DNA of 64,000 bases from an uncultured bacterium (GCA_964442615.1 CAYUAG010000002.1:10702-74701); one strand, 5' to 3'. Counted from the first letter of the stretch, positions 44,278 to 54,890 are shown. Notes: generated by a model not told the origin, from the letters alone. Made by a program: numbers and translations.

Positions 44278-45636
44278 TTATTTAATCTTATATTTTTTTA
44301 ATTTTCTGTGAAGGTTGGCTCTATCAACTTTTAACATTCTGGAAAGTTTGGAAACATTTCCCTTGGTATGTTTAAATCCTTTTAGTAAAACATTTTTTTC
44401 AAATTCTTTTATTAAATCCTTTAAGGACTTTTCTTTAAAATCAACTGGTAAACTTGGTTTCGATAATCCATTCATTTTTACAGGAAAATTCTCTTTAACC
44501 TGTTCTTCTGTAATTTCATTTCCATCTGATAAAATAATCAGACGCTCAACAAAATTTTTTAATTCCCGAACATTACCAGGCCAATGATATAATCTAAGAA
44601 ATTCGAGTGCACCTTTCTGCCATTTTAATACTCTTTTCCTGGTTGAAGCACAAATCTGCTTTAAAAAATAATCTGCCAATAATGAAATATCATCATTTCG
44701 TTCTCTCAAAGGAGGAACTTCTATAGGTATTACATTTAAACGATAGTACAGATCCTCTCTGAAACCTCCACACCTTATCAATTCCTCTAAATTCTTATTT
44801 GTAGCAGAAAGTACTCGTACATTAAATTTATAGGTTTTATTGCTTCCCAATCTTACAGCTTCATTTTCCTCCAAAACTCTCAATAATTTTGCCTGAGTAT
44901 CCAGACTCATATCTCCTATTTCATCAAGAAATAAAGTGCCACCATCAGCAATTTCAAATTTTCCCGGTTTATTTTTAACAGCACCGGTAAATGCACCTTT
45001 CTGATATCCAAACAACTCACTCTCTATAAGTTCTTTAGGAAAAGCTGCACAATTCAAACTAACAAAAGTACTATCTTTTCTTTTACTTTGCTGGTGCAGA
45101 GCTTTTGCAACCAACTCTTTGCCTGTGCCATTTTCACCGTAAATAAGCACTCTTCCATCTGAAGGAGCAGTCTTGGATATTTTTATAATTAATTTTTTTA
45201 TTTTAGGAGACTTACCAACAATCTCATCCTCTATTACTGTATGATCTTCAAAGTCAGAAAGTTTTCTCTCAATTGAGATTTGATGCATTATATTACGTAA
45301 TGCTAAAAGAATCCTATCCGGATTCAATGGTTTTTCAAAAAAATTATAAGCTCCCAATTTTGTAGCTTTAACTGCTGTTTCAAAATCCGCCTGACCAGAA
45401 ATCATTAAAACCTTTATCTGTGAATTAATTTTTTTTAGCTCCTTTAAGGTCTCAATACCACTTATGCCCGGAAGTATAACATCAAGAAGTACTACATCAA
45501 TCTTTTCATTACTTACAATTTCTAGAGACCTCTCACCTTTACTGCAGCCAACTGTTGAAAAGCCTTCTTCCTCCAATAAACTGCATAAACTCTCCCTAAT
45601 TCTTGTATCATCATCAACAATTAAAACTCTTAGCAT
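44278..45636 (-). CDS. Sigma-54-dependent response regulator (NtrC family)
   Basis: 452 aa. It has a receiver ([17 protein letters not shown]), an AAA+ domain (GENGTGKE and the GAFTGA motif in QKGAFTGAV) and a C-terminal Fis-type HTH. No adjacent kinase is present. Confidence 0.92.
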   Translation of the reverse strand: MLRVLIVDDDTRIRESLCSLLEEEGFSTVGCSKGERSLEIVSNEKIDVVLLDVILPGISGIETLKELKKINSQIKVLMISGQADFETAVKATKLGAYNFFEKPLNPDRILLALRNIMHQISIERKLSDFEDHTVIEDEIVGKSPKIKKLIIKISKTAPSDGRVLIYGENGTGKELVAKALHQQSKRKDSTFVSLNCAAFPKELIESELFGYQKGAFTGAVKNKPGKFEIADGGTLFLDEIGDMSLDTQAKLLRVLEENEAVRLGSNKTYKFNVRVLSATNKNLEELIRCGGFREDLYYRLNVIPIEVPPLRERNDDISLLADYFLKQICASTRKRVLKWQKGALEFLRLYHWPGNVRELKNFVERLIILSDGNEITEEQVKENFPVKMNGLSKPSLPVDFKEKSLKDLIKEFEKNVLLKGFKHTKGNVSKLSRMLKVDRANLHRKLKKYKIK

Positions 45637-45648
45637 AACCTATCCTTT

Positions 45649-46947
45649 TCAACAATTAGCTTCATTACTATAATCATCAAGCATAGAGAGTATACGATTA
45701 AGCTCTGGCTTTGTTGCCCGGATTTTTATCACTGCCTTACCATTTTCATAATGTTTATTAATAACAGTAGAAAATTCATAAACCTGTGAAATAATCTTGG
45801 TTTGATTTGCATAAACCACAATTTCTTTTTCTATTTGTTCTTGTCTGAATATATCTCTTATTTCTCTCTTCAATTTGTTAATTCCAATATTCTTTATAGC
45901 AGAAGTAAAAACTACCCTATTGAAATTATTTTTTAATTCTGAAAGGAATTTTCTATCCTCAAGACGATCGACTTTATTAAAAACAATAATAGTTGGTTTA
46001 TTAATAATATCCAACTCCTTTAAAAGTTGATTAACTGTTGCCATTTGTTCATCATATTGGTTATGACTTACATCTGCAACATGAATTAAAACATCTGCCT
46101 CTTTGGCTTCCTCAAGAGTACTGCGAAAAGCAGCAATAAGATGATGAGGTAATTTTCTAATAAATCCTACCGTATCTATTAAAAGGATTTTTTCATCATC
46201 ACTTACGAAAACACTCCGAATTGTTGAATCTAGAGTAGCAAATAAGCGGTTCTCAACAAACAGATTCTCATTTGCTATGATATTCATTAAACTCGACTTA
46301 CCAACATTTGTATATCCAACTAATGCTACCTTGTTTACCCTTTTCCTCCTCTTTCGTCTGATTTGTCTTTGCATTTCTACTTTTTTGAGTTCATTTTTTA
46401 AAGCAGTAATTCTCTTTCTTATTATTCTTCTGTCAACTTCAAGCTGAGTTTCACCGGGTCCTCGGGTTCCTATGGCTGCTTCCTGTCTGGGAAGATGTGT
46501 CCATAATCGAGTAAGTCTGGGAAGATAATACTCAAGTTGAGCTAACTCAACCTGAACTTTTGCCTCATGACTTCTGGCCCGTAAAGAAAAAATATCAAGA
46601 ATAATACCACTTCTGTCAATTATTTTTCTATTAATCTGGTTCTCAAGATTTCTCATCTGAACAGGTGATAAATCTACATCAAAAATGACTGCCTGTACAT
46701 TCTGCTCAACTACTATTCTAGCCAGTCTGCTTACAAGTCCTTTACCTATCAAGGTTACAGTATTTATTTTCTTTCGGTCTTGTATGAATACATCCACTAC
46801 TTCAGCACCAGCTGTCTCTGCTAAAGCAGCCAACTCTTCCAGACTCTCGCTCTCCTGATATTTGGTTATTCCAGGTATAACTACTCCCACCAGTATTGCT
46901 CTTTCTTTTTTATCAACAGGTGTAACTTTATAAAGTTTATCTTTCAT
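45649..46947 (-). CDS. hflX: GTPase HflX
   Basis: 432 aa. It has the HflX N-terminal domain and G1-G4 motifs (GYTNVGKS, DTVGF, NKVD). Confidence 0.95.
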   Translation of the reverse strand: MKDKLYKVTPVDKKERAILVGVVIPGITKYQESESLEELAALAETAGAEVVDVFIQDRKKINTVTLIGKGLVSRLARIVVEQNVQAVIFDVDLSPVQMRNLENQINRKIIDRSGIILDIFSLRARSHEAKVQVELAQLEYYLPRLTRLWTHLPRQEAAIGTRGPGETQLEVDRRIIRKRITALKNELKKVEMQRQIRRKRRKRVNKVALVGYTNVGKSSLMNIIANENLFVENRLFATLDSTIRSVFVSDDEKILLIDTVGFIRKLPHHLIAAFRSTLEEAKEADVLIHVADVSHNQYDEQMATVNQLLKELDIINKPTIIVFNKVDRLEDRKFLSELKNNFNRVVFTSAIKNIGINKLKREIRDIFRQEQIEKEIVVYANQTKIISQVYEFSTVINKHYENGKAVIKIRATKPELNRILSMLDDYSNEANC

Positions 46948-47043
46948 ATATTCTACAGTTTTGATTAAATTAACTAATTTACAGAGATTTTATTTACAGT
47001 AGGAGTACTACAATTATTAATTTTTTACTTTTTTTCTCAAAAT

Positions 47044-49125
47044 CTAATACTTTTCTGAATTTTTATCCTTTTTGCTCTTGGCAATGAGCATTTCAATAAT
47101 CAATAGTCCTAATGCTAATAAAATCATCTCTTTCCATAGCTCTCTCCCAAATCTAGACTTTGAAACTATTTGCTCTAATCTATCAATATTGTTGATAAAA
47201 TAAACCTTTGAATTAGGAAAAAATTCTTTAATCCTTTTTTCAGAAATCTTACCAAAATCCGATTCTCTCTGATCAATATTGATTGCCCTAAGCCCCAATT
47301 GAGTTGAATTATGAAAAAATCTATATATTCCTGGTTTTTGAGTATTCTCTAACTCTAATAAAATCTTTTCATTATTTATCTCAGGAAGAATTTTTATTAG
47401 TCTTTCATCAGGGTCTTGTACATAGAATTCTCCTTCCATTGATTCTGGATTTTCCAATAAAAATATTCTATCACCAACAGTGTTATATTCAGTCTTTACA
47501 ATCTCTTCAATGGAAAGATACCCTATACTTCGGATCATTAAGGGAGCAAAAATAGTACTAAAAGCAAAATCTGACCAGCTCTGCTGTAAAGAAGTTGAAA
47601 TACAGATAATTTTACCATTTAATACTCTCTTTTCCACCATAAATGGAATATCATTTCTAAGATCAATAATGGTTATACAGTCCCTGCCAAATAATTCTAT
47701 ACTTTTAAATATTTGAGGAGATTTAAAATTTCTCTCCCCTCTCTCAAATATACCCTTAAATAACGGATGTCCATAGTCCACATTTCTAATACTTAAACTG
47801 GAACCTGATGTCTCAGCACTTCTGATTACATTACCCAAGGTAATCTCTGCAATTGGTTGAAAAAATTGCTGATTCAATTGTTGAATATTAATATCATTCC
47901 CCATAAAAAAGAAAAGATTTCCTCCCTGTTGTAGAAATTTCCTCAAGCTTTCAATCTCTATTGCTCTAAATTGAGGATAATTTGAAAAAACAATTACATC
48001 AGTTGAATCAAGTTCCTCTGTCCAAGCAGTTCCAATAATATAATTCTTAACCTTATACTGATTTTTATTCTTATCCAGGGCCTTAAGGCATAATTCTAGA
48101 GGTAAAATATCGTTTAACTCGTTTCCAATAAGAAATACTCCCCTTTTTTCAGGTAGATGATAAACAAAATATGAGGTATTATCATAAGGAAAACTCCCAT
48201 TTTCCACTCTTATTTTTCCATAATGCCAACCTGTATTAATATAAACAGCATTAAACTCAACTCTCTGTTTCTCATTTTTATTTAAATTTATAGTCATCTG
48301 ATCAACAGTTTTATCATCAAGACTGATTCTGACCAATAGATCCTCTATGAAATTATCTGAAAAATTTTCAATTTCAGCAAATACATCTCCTACTGCTCCA
48401 GACTGAAAAATACTACTTTTAATGCCACTTTTTGTAACAGCTATATTTTTCCTCTCTCCCTGAATGGGTAAAATAAATATATTTCTCTTCCAGGAATTGA
48501 ATATCGAACTATCTTGTCCAGGATTCCATTCAGATCCCTGTTGATCAGTAAAAATAAAAATCTCTTTATTAAGTTCTTTTTGATTATTAAGAAATTGTAT
48601 GGATTCAGAAATTTTATCTAATAAGTCTCCTTTATAAAATGATATGTGAAGATTTTTTACTTTCTCCTTTAAGGTTTTTTTGTTATACAATGATCGAAAA
48701 GGTATTTCTCGAAAAGCTTGGGTAAGTAATAAAGATGCTTTATCATTCGATTTCATTAAATCAAGAACTGAATGGATATTTGCTTTAAGCTTTTCAAGCA
48801 TACCACTGCGTTTCAAACTCAAAGAGCGGTCAATGACCAATGACATTGCAGAAGCAGCTCCACTTCTACTTAAAAAAGAAGATTCTTTAAAAACAGGGCG
48901 GGAAAATCCAAGAACCAAAAAGAGAATAATCAGCCCCCTGATGATCATTAATAAAATCTGTTTTAATCGTATCCTACGAAGCTGCTGGGGTTGGAGTATT
49001 TTTAAGAAACGTAATGTACTGAAATATATTTTTTTTTGCTTTCTCTTGGCAAATAAATGTATAAGAAATGGAATGCTAACACCCAAAAGACCAAAAAGAA
49101 TACTAATATTAAGAAAATTCAACAT
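47044..49125 (-). CDS. Membrane protein with BatA-type aerotolerance-regulator N-terminal double-TM domain and C-terminal anchor
   Basis: 693 aa. MLNFLNISILFGLLGVSIPFLIHLFAKRK plus a second TM match the N-terminal double-transmembrane domain family. There is also a C-terminal TM (EMILLALGLLIIEMLIA). The middle region is not recognised. Confidence 0.6.
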   Translation of the reverse strand: MLNFLNISILFGLLGVSIPFLIHLFAKRKQKKIYFSTLRFLKILQPQQLRRIRLKQILLMIIRGLIILFLVLGFSRPVFKESSFLSRSGAASAMSLVIDRSLSLKRSGMLEKLKANIHSVLDLMKSNDKASLLLTQAFREIPFRSLYNKKTLKEKVKNLHISFYKGDLLDKISESIQFLNNQKELNKEIFIFTDQQGSEWNPGQDSSIFNSWKRNIFILPIQGERKNIAVTKSGIKSSIFQSGAVGDVFAEIENFSDNFIEDLLVRISLDDKTVDQMTINLNKNEKQRVEFNAVYINTGWHYGKIRVENGSFPYDNTSYFVYHLPEKRGVFLIGNELNDILPLELCLKALDKNKNQYKVKNYIIGTAWTEELDSTDVIVFSNYPQFRAIEIESLRKFLQQGGNLFFFMGNDINIQQLNQQFFQPIAEITLGNVIRSAETSGSSLSIRNVDYGHPLFKGIFERGERNFKSPQIFKSIELFGRDCITIIDLRNDIPFMVEKRVLNGKIICISTSLQQSWSDFAFSTIFAPLMIRSIGYLSIEEIVKTEYNTVGDRIFLLENPESMEGEFYVQDPDERLIKILPEINNEKILLELENTQKPGIYRFFHNSTQLGLRAINIDQRESDFGKISEKRIKEFFPNSKVYFINNIDRLEQIVSKSRFGRELWKEMILLALGLLIIEMLIAKSKKDKNSEKY

Positions 49126-49180
49126 TATTTTTTATAAATTATCCCTTTTAAAATCATAAAATTATTTTCTTCCCGGCAAT

Positions 49181-49771
49181 TTAATCTTTTGGATTAAAAA
49201 AATAATCCTCCACTAAATTACACATGATATGACCAATAGTAATATGAGCTTCCTGTATAAAAGGAGTTTCTGGACAAGGAACACTTATGACAATATCAGA
49301 GTATTCAGAGAGTGAACAATGAATATCATTACCAATAAAAGCAATGGTATTCATCTGTATCTCTTTGGCTTTTTTTAATGCTAATCTAACATTTTCTGAA
49401 TTACCACTTGTACTTAATCCAATCATTACATCTCCTTTTTTACCCAAGGCTTCAACCTGACGTGAGAACACATTTTCAAAACCATAATCATTACTGACTG
49501 CTGTTAAAATCGATGTATCAGTTGTAAGAGCTATAGCAGGAAGAGCACCTCTATCTTTCCAAAAACGGCCAACAAATTCAGCCGCAATATGCTGACTGTC
49601 TGCTGCACTTCCTCCGTTACCACAAATAAGAACTTTCCCTTCGGATTTCAAAGAATCGATAATACAATCAGCCGCTTCTGCAATCGTATGAGCAGTTAAT
49701 TCAGCAAGTTTTCTTTTAATATCAGCACTTGCTTGGAGATGGTGTTTTATTCTATCAATCTTTTCTACCAC
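49181..49771 (-). CDS. gmhA: SIS-domain sugar-phosphate isomerase (GmhA/DiaA-like phosphoheptose isomerase)
   Basis: 196 aa. It has GKVLICGNGGSAADSQHIAAEF, STSGNS and the QEAHITIGH tail. It overlaps the upstream PHP phosphatase gene by 17 nt. Confidence 0.85.
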   Translation of the reverse strand: MVEKIDRIKHHLQASADIKRKLAELTAHTIAEAADCIIDSLKSEGKVLICGNGGSAADSQHIAAEFVGRFWKDRGALPAIALTTDTSILTAVSNDYGFENVFSRQVEALGKKGDVMIGLSTSGNSENVRLALKKAKEIQMNTIAFIGNDIHCSLSEYSDIVISVPCPETPFIQEAHITIGHIMCNLVEDYFFNPKD

Positions 49772-50561
49772 TTTTTTTGAACCCCTTTAATAATTTATTA
49801 AAATAATTTCTCCATCCCTCATCACCTATCTCTCCCCGTGTAGCTTCAGGATTAATAATTTCCCCAGATATAACTTTTCGGGGATTAATTTTAAATAATA
49901 ATTCAGCCCGCTCCTGACCACAAATATGCTGAACAATTCCATATGCATTACTAAGAAGCATTGGTCTGTTCTTATAACTATGACAATCAGAGGCAACTAA
50001 CTGCACTAAACCCTTCTTAATGAAATCTAGGGTAATTTTCCGAACCCTTCGGCCAAAAATACCAGTTAAACTACCACTGTTAATCTGAATCAAAACTCCC
50101 CTTTCAATAAGGCTTTCCACAATCTCAGGTTTCTGCATAATAATAGTATTCCGCTCCGGGTGAGCAAGCACAGGTATCCATCCATCTAAAGAAAGATTAA
50201 ACAACAGATCATCAACATGATGAGGATAATCACTCATGGGCAGTTCTAGTAATATATATTTTTTATTGTCATTAATGGTTGCAATGCTGGATTTCATATC
50301 AAACTTGGCATTAACATTAATCTCAGAGCCTAGCCAAATATCCAGATTGATATTCTCCTGTTTTATTTTTTTTTTAAGCTCATTAAATCTCATAATATAT
50401 TTTTCTTCTAAATCCTTATTCAATATTTTAAAGACATGGGAAGTACAAACTGCTCCTTTGATTCCATCTTTAACTCCATATCGTATCATTGCCATGGTTT
50501 CCTTCCATGATCCAGAACCATCATCCACATTGGGAAGAATATGGGTATGTATATCAATCAT
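49755..50561 (-). CDS. PHP-family metal-dependent phosphatase (CpsB/YwqE-like)
   Basis: 268 aa. It has MIDIHTHILPNVDDGS, TSH, LAHPER and ASDCHS metal-ligand motifs. It starts 3 nt after the GGGPS-like stop. Confidence 0.8.
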   Translation of the reverse strand: MIDIHTHILPNVDDGSGSWKETMAMIRYGVKDGIKGAVCTSHVFKILNKDLEEKYIMRFNELKKKIKQENINLDIWLGSEINVNAKFDMKSSIATINDNKKYILLELPMSDYPHHVDDLLFNLSLDGWIPVLAHPERNTIIMQKPEIVESLIERGVLIQINSGSLTGIFGRRVRKITLDFIKKGLVQLVASDCHSYKNRPMLLSNAYGIVQHICGQERAELLFKINPRKVISGEIINPEATRGEIGDEGWRNYFNKLLKGFKKSGRKD

Positions 50562-50564
50562 TTT

Positions 50565-51323
50565 TTACCTGTTATAATGGATCATTTTGCAAAAAGAGCG
50601 TACTAAAGAAATATCCCGTCTTTTCTCCAAAACATCACCTGTAACAATAAAAGATGCACCAGCCTTTACTTTTTGCAAGGCAATGTGGGGTTGGTTAATA
50701 CCTCCCCCAACCATAACTGGAATAGAAGTTGAACCTGAAACTGCTCGTATCATTTTATCCGGTACAGGCTGAGCAGCTCCACTGCCAGCTTCCAGATACA
50801 ATAGTTTCATTCCAATATACTCTGCGGCAAGAGCATGAGCCACAGCTATCTCCGGTTTATTACGTGGAATTGGTTTGGTATTACTCATAAACTCAACCGA
50901 GGTTGTCTTTCCAGACTCAATAAGCATATATCCTGTAGAAACAGCCTCTAATCCTAAAGATTTTACCACCGGGGCACTTCTTACCTGTTCCTCAATCAGA
51001 TAATGAGGATTACGACCACTGATAAGAGAAAGGAATAATACAGCATCAGCATGACTTGAGAGCTGTTGTCCATTTCCTGGGAAGATAATAATCGGTATGG
51101 AAAGTGATTGTTTTAGTATCTTTATACATTCATCAAAATGATTATGTATCAGAAGGCTACCACCTATCAGTATACCGTCAACTCCACAGTCCTCAAGAGA
51201 CTTGGCTCGTGATGCAAGCTTATTTAAATTCTCCTGATCAGGATCTAGTAATACTAAGTATCCTGCCCCCTTTTCCTTAGATATCTTTAGTAACTTCTCA
51301 TATACTATCATAAAATATGCCAT
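50565..51323 (-). CDS. Geranylgeranylglyceryl/heptaprenylglyceryl phosphate synthase family (GGGPS/PcrB)
   Basis: 252 aa. It is a TIM-barrel family with LLDPD, ILIGGS, YLEAGSGA and VGGGI motifs. The start may instead be the Met at 51311. Confidence 0.85.
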   Translation of the reverse strand: MAYFMIVYEKLLKISKEKGAGYLVLLDPDQENLNKLASRAKSLEDCGVDGILIGGSLLIHNHFDECIKILKQSLSIPIIIFPGNGQQLSSHADAVLFLSLISGRNPHYLIEEQVRSAPVVKSLGLEAVSTGYMLIESGKTTSVEFMSNTKPIPRNKPEIAVAHALAAEYIGMKLLYLEAGSGAAQPVPDKMIRAVSGSTSIPVMVGGGINQPHIALQKVKAGASFIVTGDVLEKRRDISLVRSFCKMIHYNR

Positions 51324-51343
51324 TTTATAATAACTAGAATCAT

Positions 51344-51778
51344 TTAAAATTTTTCTAAATCTGCCAAATCCTGAGATCGACCTGTAGCTCGTTTATTCTT
51401 TTTCAAACTTTCAATATCTATAAAATTAATTTCAACTTCTTGGATTTTTACTTTTACTCTGGTTTTATAACATTCATTAAAATCTAAACTTTTTAAAGAT
51501 GTCAATAAATCTATACGATTAGGTGGATAACCAAGCTGTATTATCCGATCTGGAGTAATAAAATCATCTTCTTTTAGATCAAGAGAACCAAAACCAAATT
51601 GATCAAGAGCTTTTAATAAACTCTGAGAATTTCTTGATGATGGTTGCACCCAAATATCTATATCTTTAGTATAACGGGGATATCCATGAAAAGCAACCGC
51701 ATACCCCCCAACTACAAGATACTTTACATTATTTTCGTTTAATAATTCTATAAACTCTTTGAAATCTTTGCTCAGCAC
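51344..51778 (-). CDS. Small Pol-beta-fold nucleotidyltransferase-like protein (MNT-like, possible toxin-antitoxin component)
   Basis: 144 aa with a GTG start. VVGGYAVAFHG...TKDIDIWV fits the G[GS]-x(n)-DxD nucleotidyltransferase pattern. Confidence 0.55.
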   Translation of the reverse strand: MLSKDFKEFIELLNENNVKYLVVGGYAVAFHGYPRYTKDIDIWVQPSSRNSQSLLKALDQFGFGSLDLKEDDFITPDRIIQLGYPPNRIDLLTSLKSLDFNECYKTRVKVKIQEVEINFIDIESLKKNKRATGRSQDLADLEKF

Positions 51779-51917
51779 CGTATTTCCATTGATTATATTC
51801 TCTTCTGATTTCTTCTAATGCATTAAGTCTTTCCGCATAGGACCTTGATTGCCAAAAAGAAGTATCATTTGGTTGTTCATTTATATTATATTTTTTTACT
51901 ACTTTAGCAATACCCAT
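51729..51917 (-). CDS. Small hypothetical protein (62 aa) paired with the nucleotidyltransferase-like gene
   Basis: A GGGAGG RBS lies 8 nt upstream. The last 50 nt overlap the next gene in another frame. The family is not recognised with certainty. Confidence 0.45.
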   Translation of the reverse strand: MGIAKVVKKYNINEQPNDTSFWQSRSYAERLNALEEIRREYNQWKYGAEQRFQRVYRIIKRK

Positions 51918-52113
51918 TCAATAAACCTCCCTTAACTACTAATAATTCCGGTATATCAATCTACACAGTCTGCTTGATAACACTGTAGGCAATATTAATA
52001 TAATCTTTTTTACAAATTTATCAATTATCATAAAACTAATAAAACTCGTATAATTAATGGTTTTTTAAATTGACTCAAACAAAATTATTTAAATTTTGTA
52101 TATTGACAGAAAG

Positions 52114-54756
52114 TTATGTATTTAATTTTTTAACTACCTCAACCACTTTATCAAGAGCTTCTTGCAGTTTACCGGTATCTTTGCCCCCTGCAAGGGCCTG
52201 ATGAGGTTTTCCTCCTCCTTTACCTCCTGTAATTGCAGCCACCTCCCTTACAATACTTCCAGCTTTAAGTCCTCCGTCTTTTATAAGATCATCAGTAACC
52301 ACACAAATAAAGTTCACCTTATTATCCATCACAGTTCCTAAAACTCCTACTCCTGAACCTAGACTGTCCCGCAGTCTGTCACCTAAACTTCTAAGTTCAT
52401 TAATACTATCAACCTCAACTTTTGAGGAAACCACCTTAAATCCCTGAATAATCTCGGAATCCTTAATCATATCAGATACCTCTGAAAAAGAAGAGTGCCT
52501 CTGCAGAGCTTTTACTTTTTTCCCTAATCTTTTCTTGTCCTCTATTAAGGATTTTATCCGGGAACTGGTCTCCCAAACTGGTACATTAAAAATTTCTGAA
52601 ATTTCAGCAAGGATCTTTTTTTCTTTTCTCAAATATCGGTCGGCTTCCTGTCCGGTAACAGCCTCAATGCGACGCACACCTGCTGCGATGCCCTCTTCTT
52701 TTAAGATACGAAAATATCCGATCTCACCAGTACGGTCAACATGGATTCCACCGCATAACTCCATAGAATAATTCTTTATTTTCACTACCCGGACCGTTTC
52801 TCCATATTTTTCTCCAAAAAGTGCGGTTGCACCTCGCTTCTTGGCATCGTCAAATGATGTCTCGAACTTTTCGACTGCCAAATCCTCTCGCACTTGTAAA
52901 TTCACCCTCCGCTCAACTTCATCCAATTGCTCCGGTGTAACAGCTTCGAAATGAGTGAAATCAAACCGAAGACGATTCGGCTCCACCAGAGACCCAGCCT
53001 GATTAACATGATCGCCAAGTACTTCTTTCAAGGCTTTATGAAGGAGATGAGTTGCGGTATGGTTACAGGCTGTTGATCGTCTTTCCTCTGATTGTACTCG
53101 AATTTTTACTTTTGGATGGGTGATTTTATTTCCTTCAATAAATTCTCCTTTATGGAGAATCATATCACCGGAGCTCTGTGTATCATAAACCCGGATTTTG
53201 AAATCCTTCCCGATAATTTCTCCTTTATCTCCAACCTGTCCCCCTGCTTCTGCATAAAACGGTGTTCTATCTAGAACAACAGTAATGCCATCTTCATTCA
53301 TTTGAATTTTGCGAATTTCAGCTTTATACTCCTGATTTCCCGGATAAAATTGAATAAATTCAGAGTTTGATCCTTCAGTTGTATCTACCCAATCACCTTG
53401 ATCCAATGAAGTAAATTTGCCTGCTTTCTTAGCTCTTTTCCTCTGCTTTTCTAGTTCCTTATCGAACTCTTTTTTATCCACACCCAGACCCTTCTCACGG
53501 GCCATCAATTGGGTAAGATCTATAGGAAAACCATAGGTGTCATAAAGACGAAAAGCATGTTTTCCAGAAATTTTTCTCTCTCCAGCAGCTTGAGTATCAT
53601 GTGCAACTTGTTCAAATATCTCAATTCCACGATCCAATACTTCATTGAACCGCTCCTCTTCGGCCTTAATCACAAGTGTCGTATGCTGTGCTCTTTCTGA
53701 GATCTCAGGATAGGCGTTCCCCATGACATCCACCACCGAAGAAACCAAGCGGTAAATAAAAGGTTCATGCATACCGAGGTTCCGGCCATAGCGAGCAGCT
53801 CTACGTAAAATGCGTCGCAACACATATCCTCTGCTTTCATTAGAAGGTATGGCACCATCGGTTATAGCAAAGGTTAAACTCCGGATATGATCAGCTATTA
53901 CCCGGAAACTGGTTACATTCTTATCATCTTTCCAGGTAGTGCCAGTTATTTCTGAGATATGCTTAAAAATCGGAATGAACAGATCAGTTAGATAATTTGA
54001 ATTTTTCTTTTGAAGTACGGCAACAACTCTCTCAAATCCCAGACCAGTATCAACATGTTTGGAAGGAAGCGGAAAAAGCTTTCCACTCTCATCCCGATTG
54101 TACTGAATAAAAACAAGATTCCAGAGTTCAATAAATCGTGAACAACCACCGTTCACTTTACAGGTATGATGAGGGTCATTTTTTTTATCACAGCACTTTT
54201 CACCCAGATCAATATGAATCTCTGAACAGGGTCCGCAGGGTCCTACTTCCCCCATTTCCCAGAAATTATTTTTTTCATCAAAACGAAGGACATGTGCAGG
54301 TTTGATATCAGTTACTTTTTTCCAGAGTGCTTCCGCATCATTATCTTCCCGAAATACTGTAGCCCACAGTTTATCTTTGGGAAGTTTCCACACCTCTGTT
54401 ATCAGCTCCCAGGCCCATTCTATAGCCTCTTTTTTATAGTAATCTCCAAATGACCAGTTCCCTAACATTTCAAAAAAAGTATGGTGGTTGGTATCTCTGC
54501 CTACCTCCTCCAGATCATTGTGTTTACCGCTAACTCTGATACACTTCTGTGAATCTACTGCTCTGGAGTATGATCTTGATCCTGTGCCCAGAAAAACATC
54601 CTTAAATTGATTCATACCAGCATTTGTAAACAGTAAGCTAGGATCATCCTGCGGTACTACAGGTGCACTGCGGACTATTGTATGTCCTTTTTTCTGGAAA
54701 AAATCCAAAAATGTATTTCTTATTTCTGATGCTTTCATATAATCTATCTGTTCCAA
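52114..54756 (-). CDS. alaS: Alanine--tRNA ligase
   Basis: 880 aa. It has the class II core (FTNAGMNQFK, RVSGKHNDLEEVG), the editing-domain HxxxH (HTATHLLH) with CGG, and a C-terminal DHHA1-like region. Confidence 0.98.
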   Translation of the reverse strand: MEQIDYMKASEIRNTFLDFFQKKGHTIVRSAPVVPQDDPSLLFTNAGMNQFKDVFLGTGSRSYSRAVDSQKCIRVSGKHNDLEEVGRDTNHHTFFEMLGNWSFGDYYKKEAIEWAWELITEVWKLPKDKLWATVFREDNDAEALWKKVTDIKPAHVLRFDEKNNFWEMGEVGPCGPCSEIHIDLGEKCCDKKNDPHHTCKVNGGCSRFIELWNLVFIQYNRDESGKLFPLPSKHVDTGLGFERVVAVLQKKNSNYLTDLFIPIFKHISEITGTTWKDDKNVTSFRVIADHIRSLTFAITDGAIPSNESRGYVLRRILRRAARYGRNLGMHEPFIYRLVSSVVDVMGNAYPEISERAQHTTLVIKAEEERFNEVLDRGIEIFEQVAHDTQAAGERKISGKHAFRLYDTYGFPIDLTQLMAREKGLGVDKKEFDKELEKQRKRAKKAGKFTSLDQGDWVDTTEGSNSEFIQFYPGNQEYKAEIRKIQMNEDGITVVLDRTPFYAEAGGQVGDKGEIIGKDFKIRVYDTQSSGDMILHKGEFIEGNKITHPKVKIRVQSEERRSTACNHTATHLLHKALKEVLGDHVNQAGSLVEPNRLRFDFTHFEAVTPEQLDEVERRVNLQVREDLAVEKFETSFDDAKKRGATALFGEKYGETVRVVKIKNYSMELCGGIHVDRTGEIGYFRILKEEGIAAGVRRIEAVTGQEADRYLRKEKKILAEISEIFNVPVWETSSRIKSLIEDKKRLGKKVKALQRHSSFSEVSDMIKDSEIIQGFKVVSSKVEVDSINELRSLGDRLRDSLGSGVGVLGTVMDNKVNFICVVTDDLIKDGGLKAGSIVREVAAITGGKGGGKPHQALAGGKDTGKLQEALDKVVEVVKKLNT

Positions 54757-54816
54757 TTTCTTGTTATATTAAAGATAATTCATAAGTCTGTTCTAAAATA
54801 ATCTCTAATGTCAATA

Positions 54817-54890
54817 TTGAGAAGTCAAAGCTTAGATATTAGGTGTCGTCCGAAAAGTTAAATCCTATTCTCTGACTCCTATCATCTAAA
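54817..54890. repeat. Intergenic repeat element, diverged copy C (recX|alaS spacer)
   Basis: TTGAGAAGTCAAAGCTTAGA matches copy B TTTAGAAGTCAGAAGTTAGC at 15/20. ATCCTATTCTCTGACTCCTATCATCTAAAA matches the copy A block-3 stretch at about 21/30. Counts were made by eye. Confidence 0.45.
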
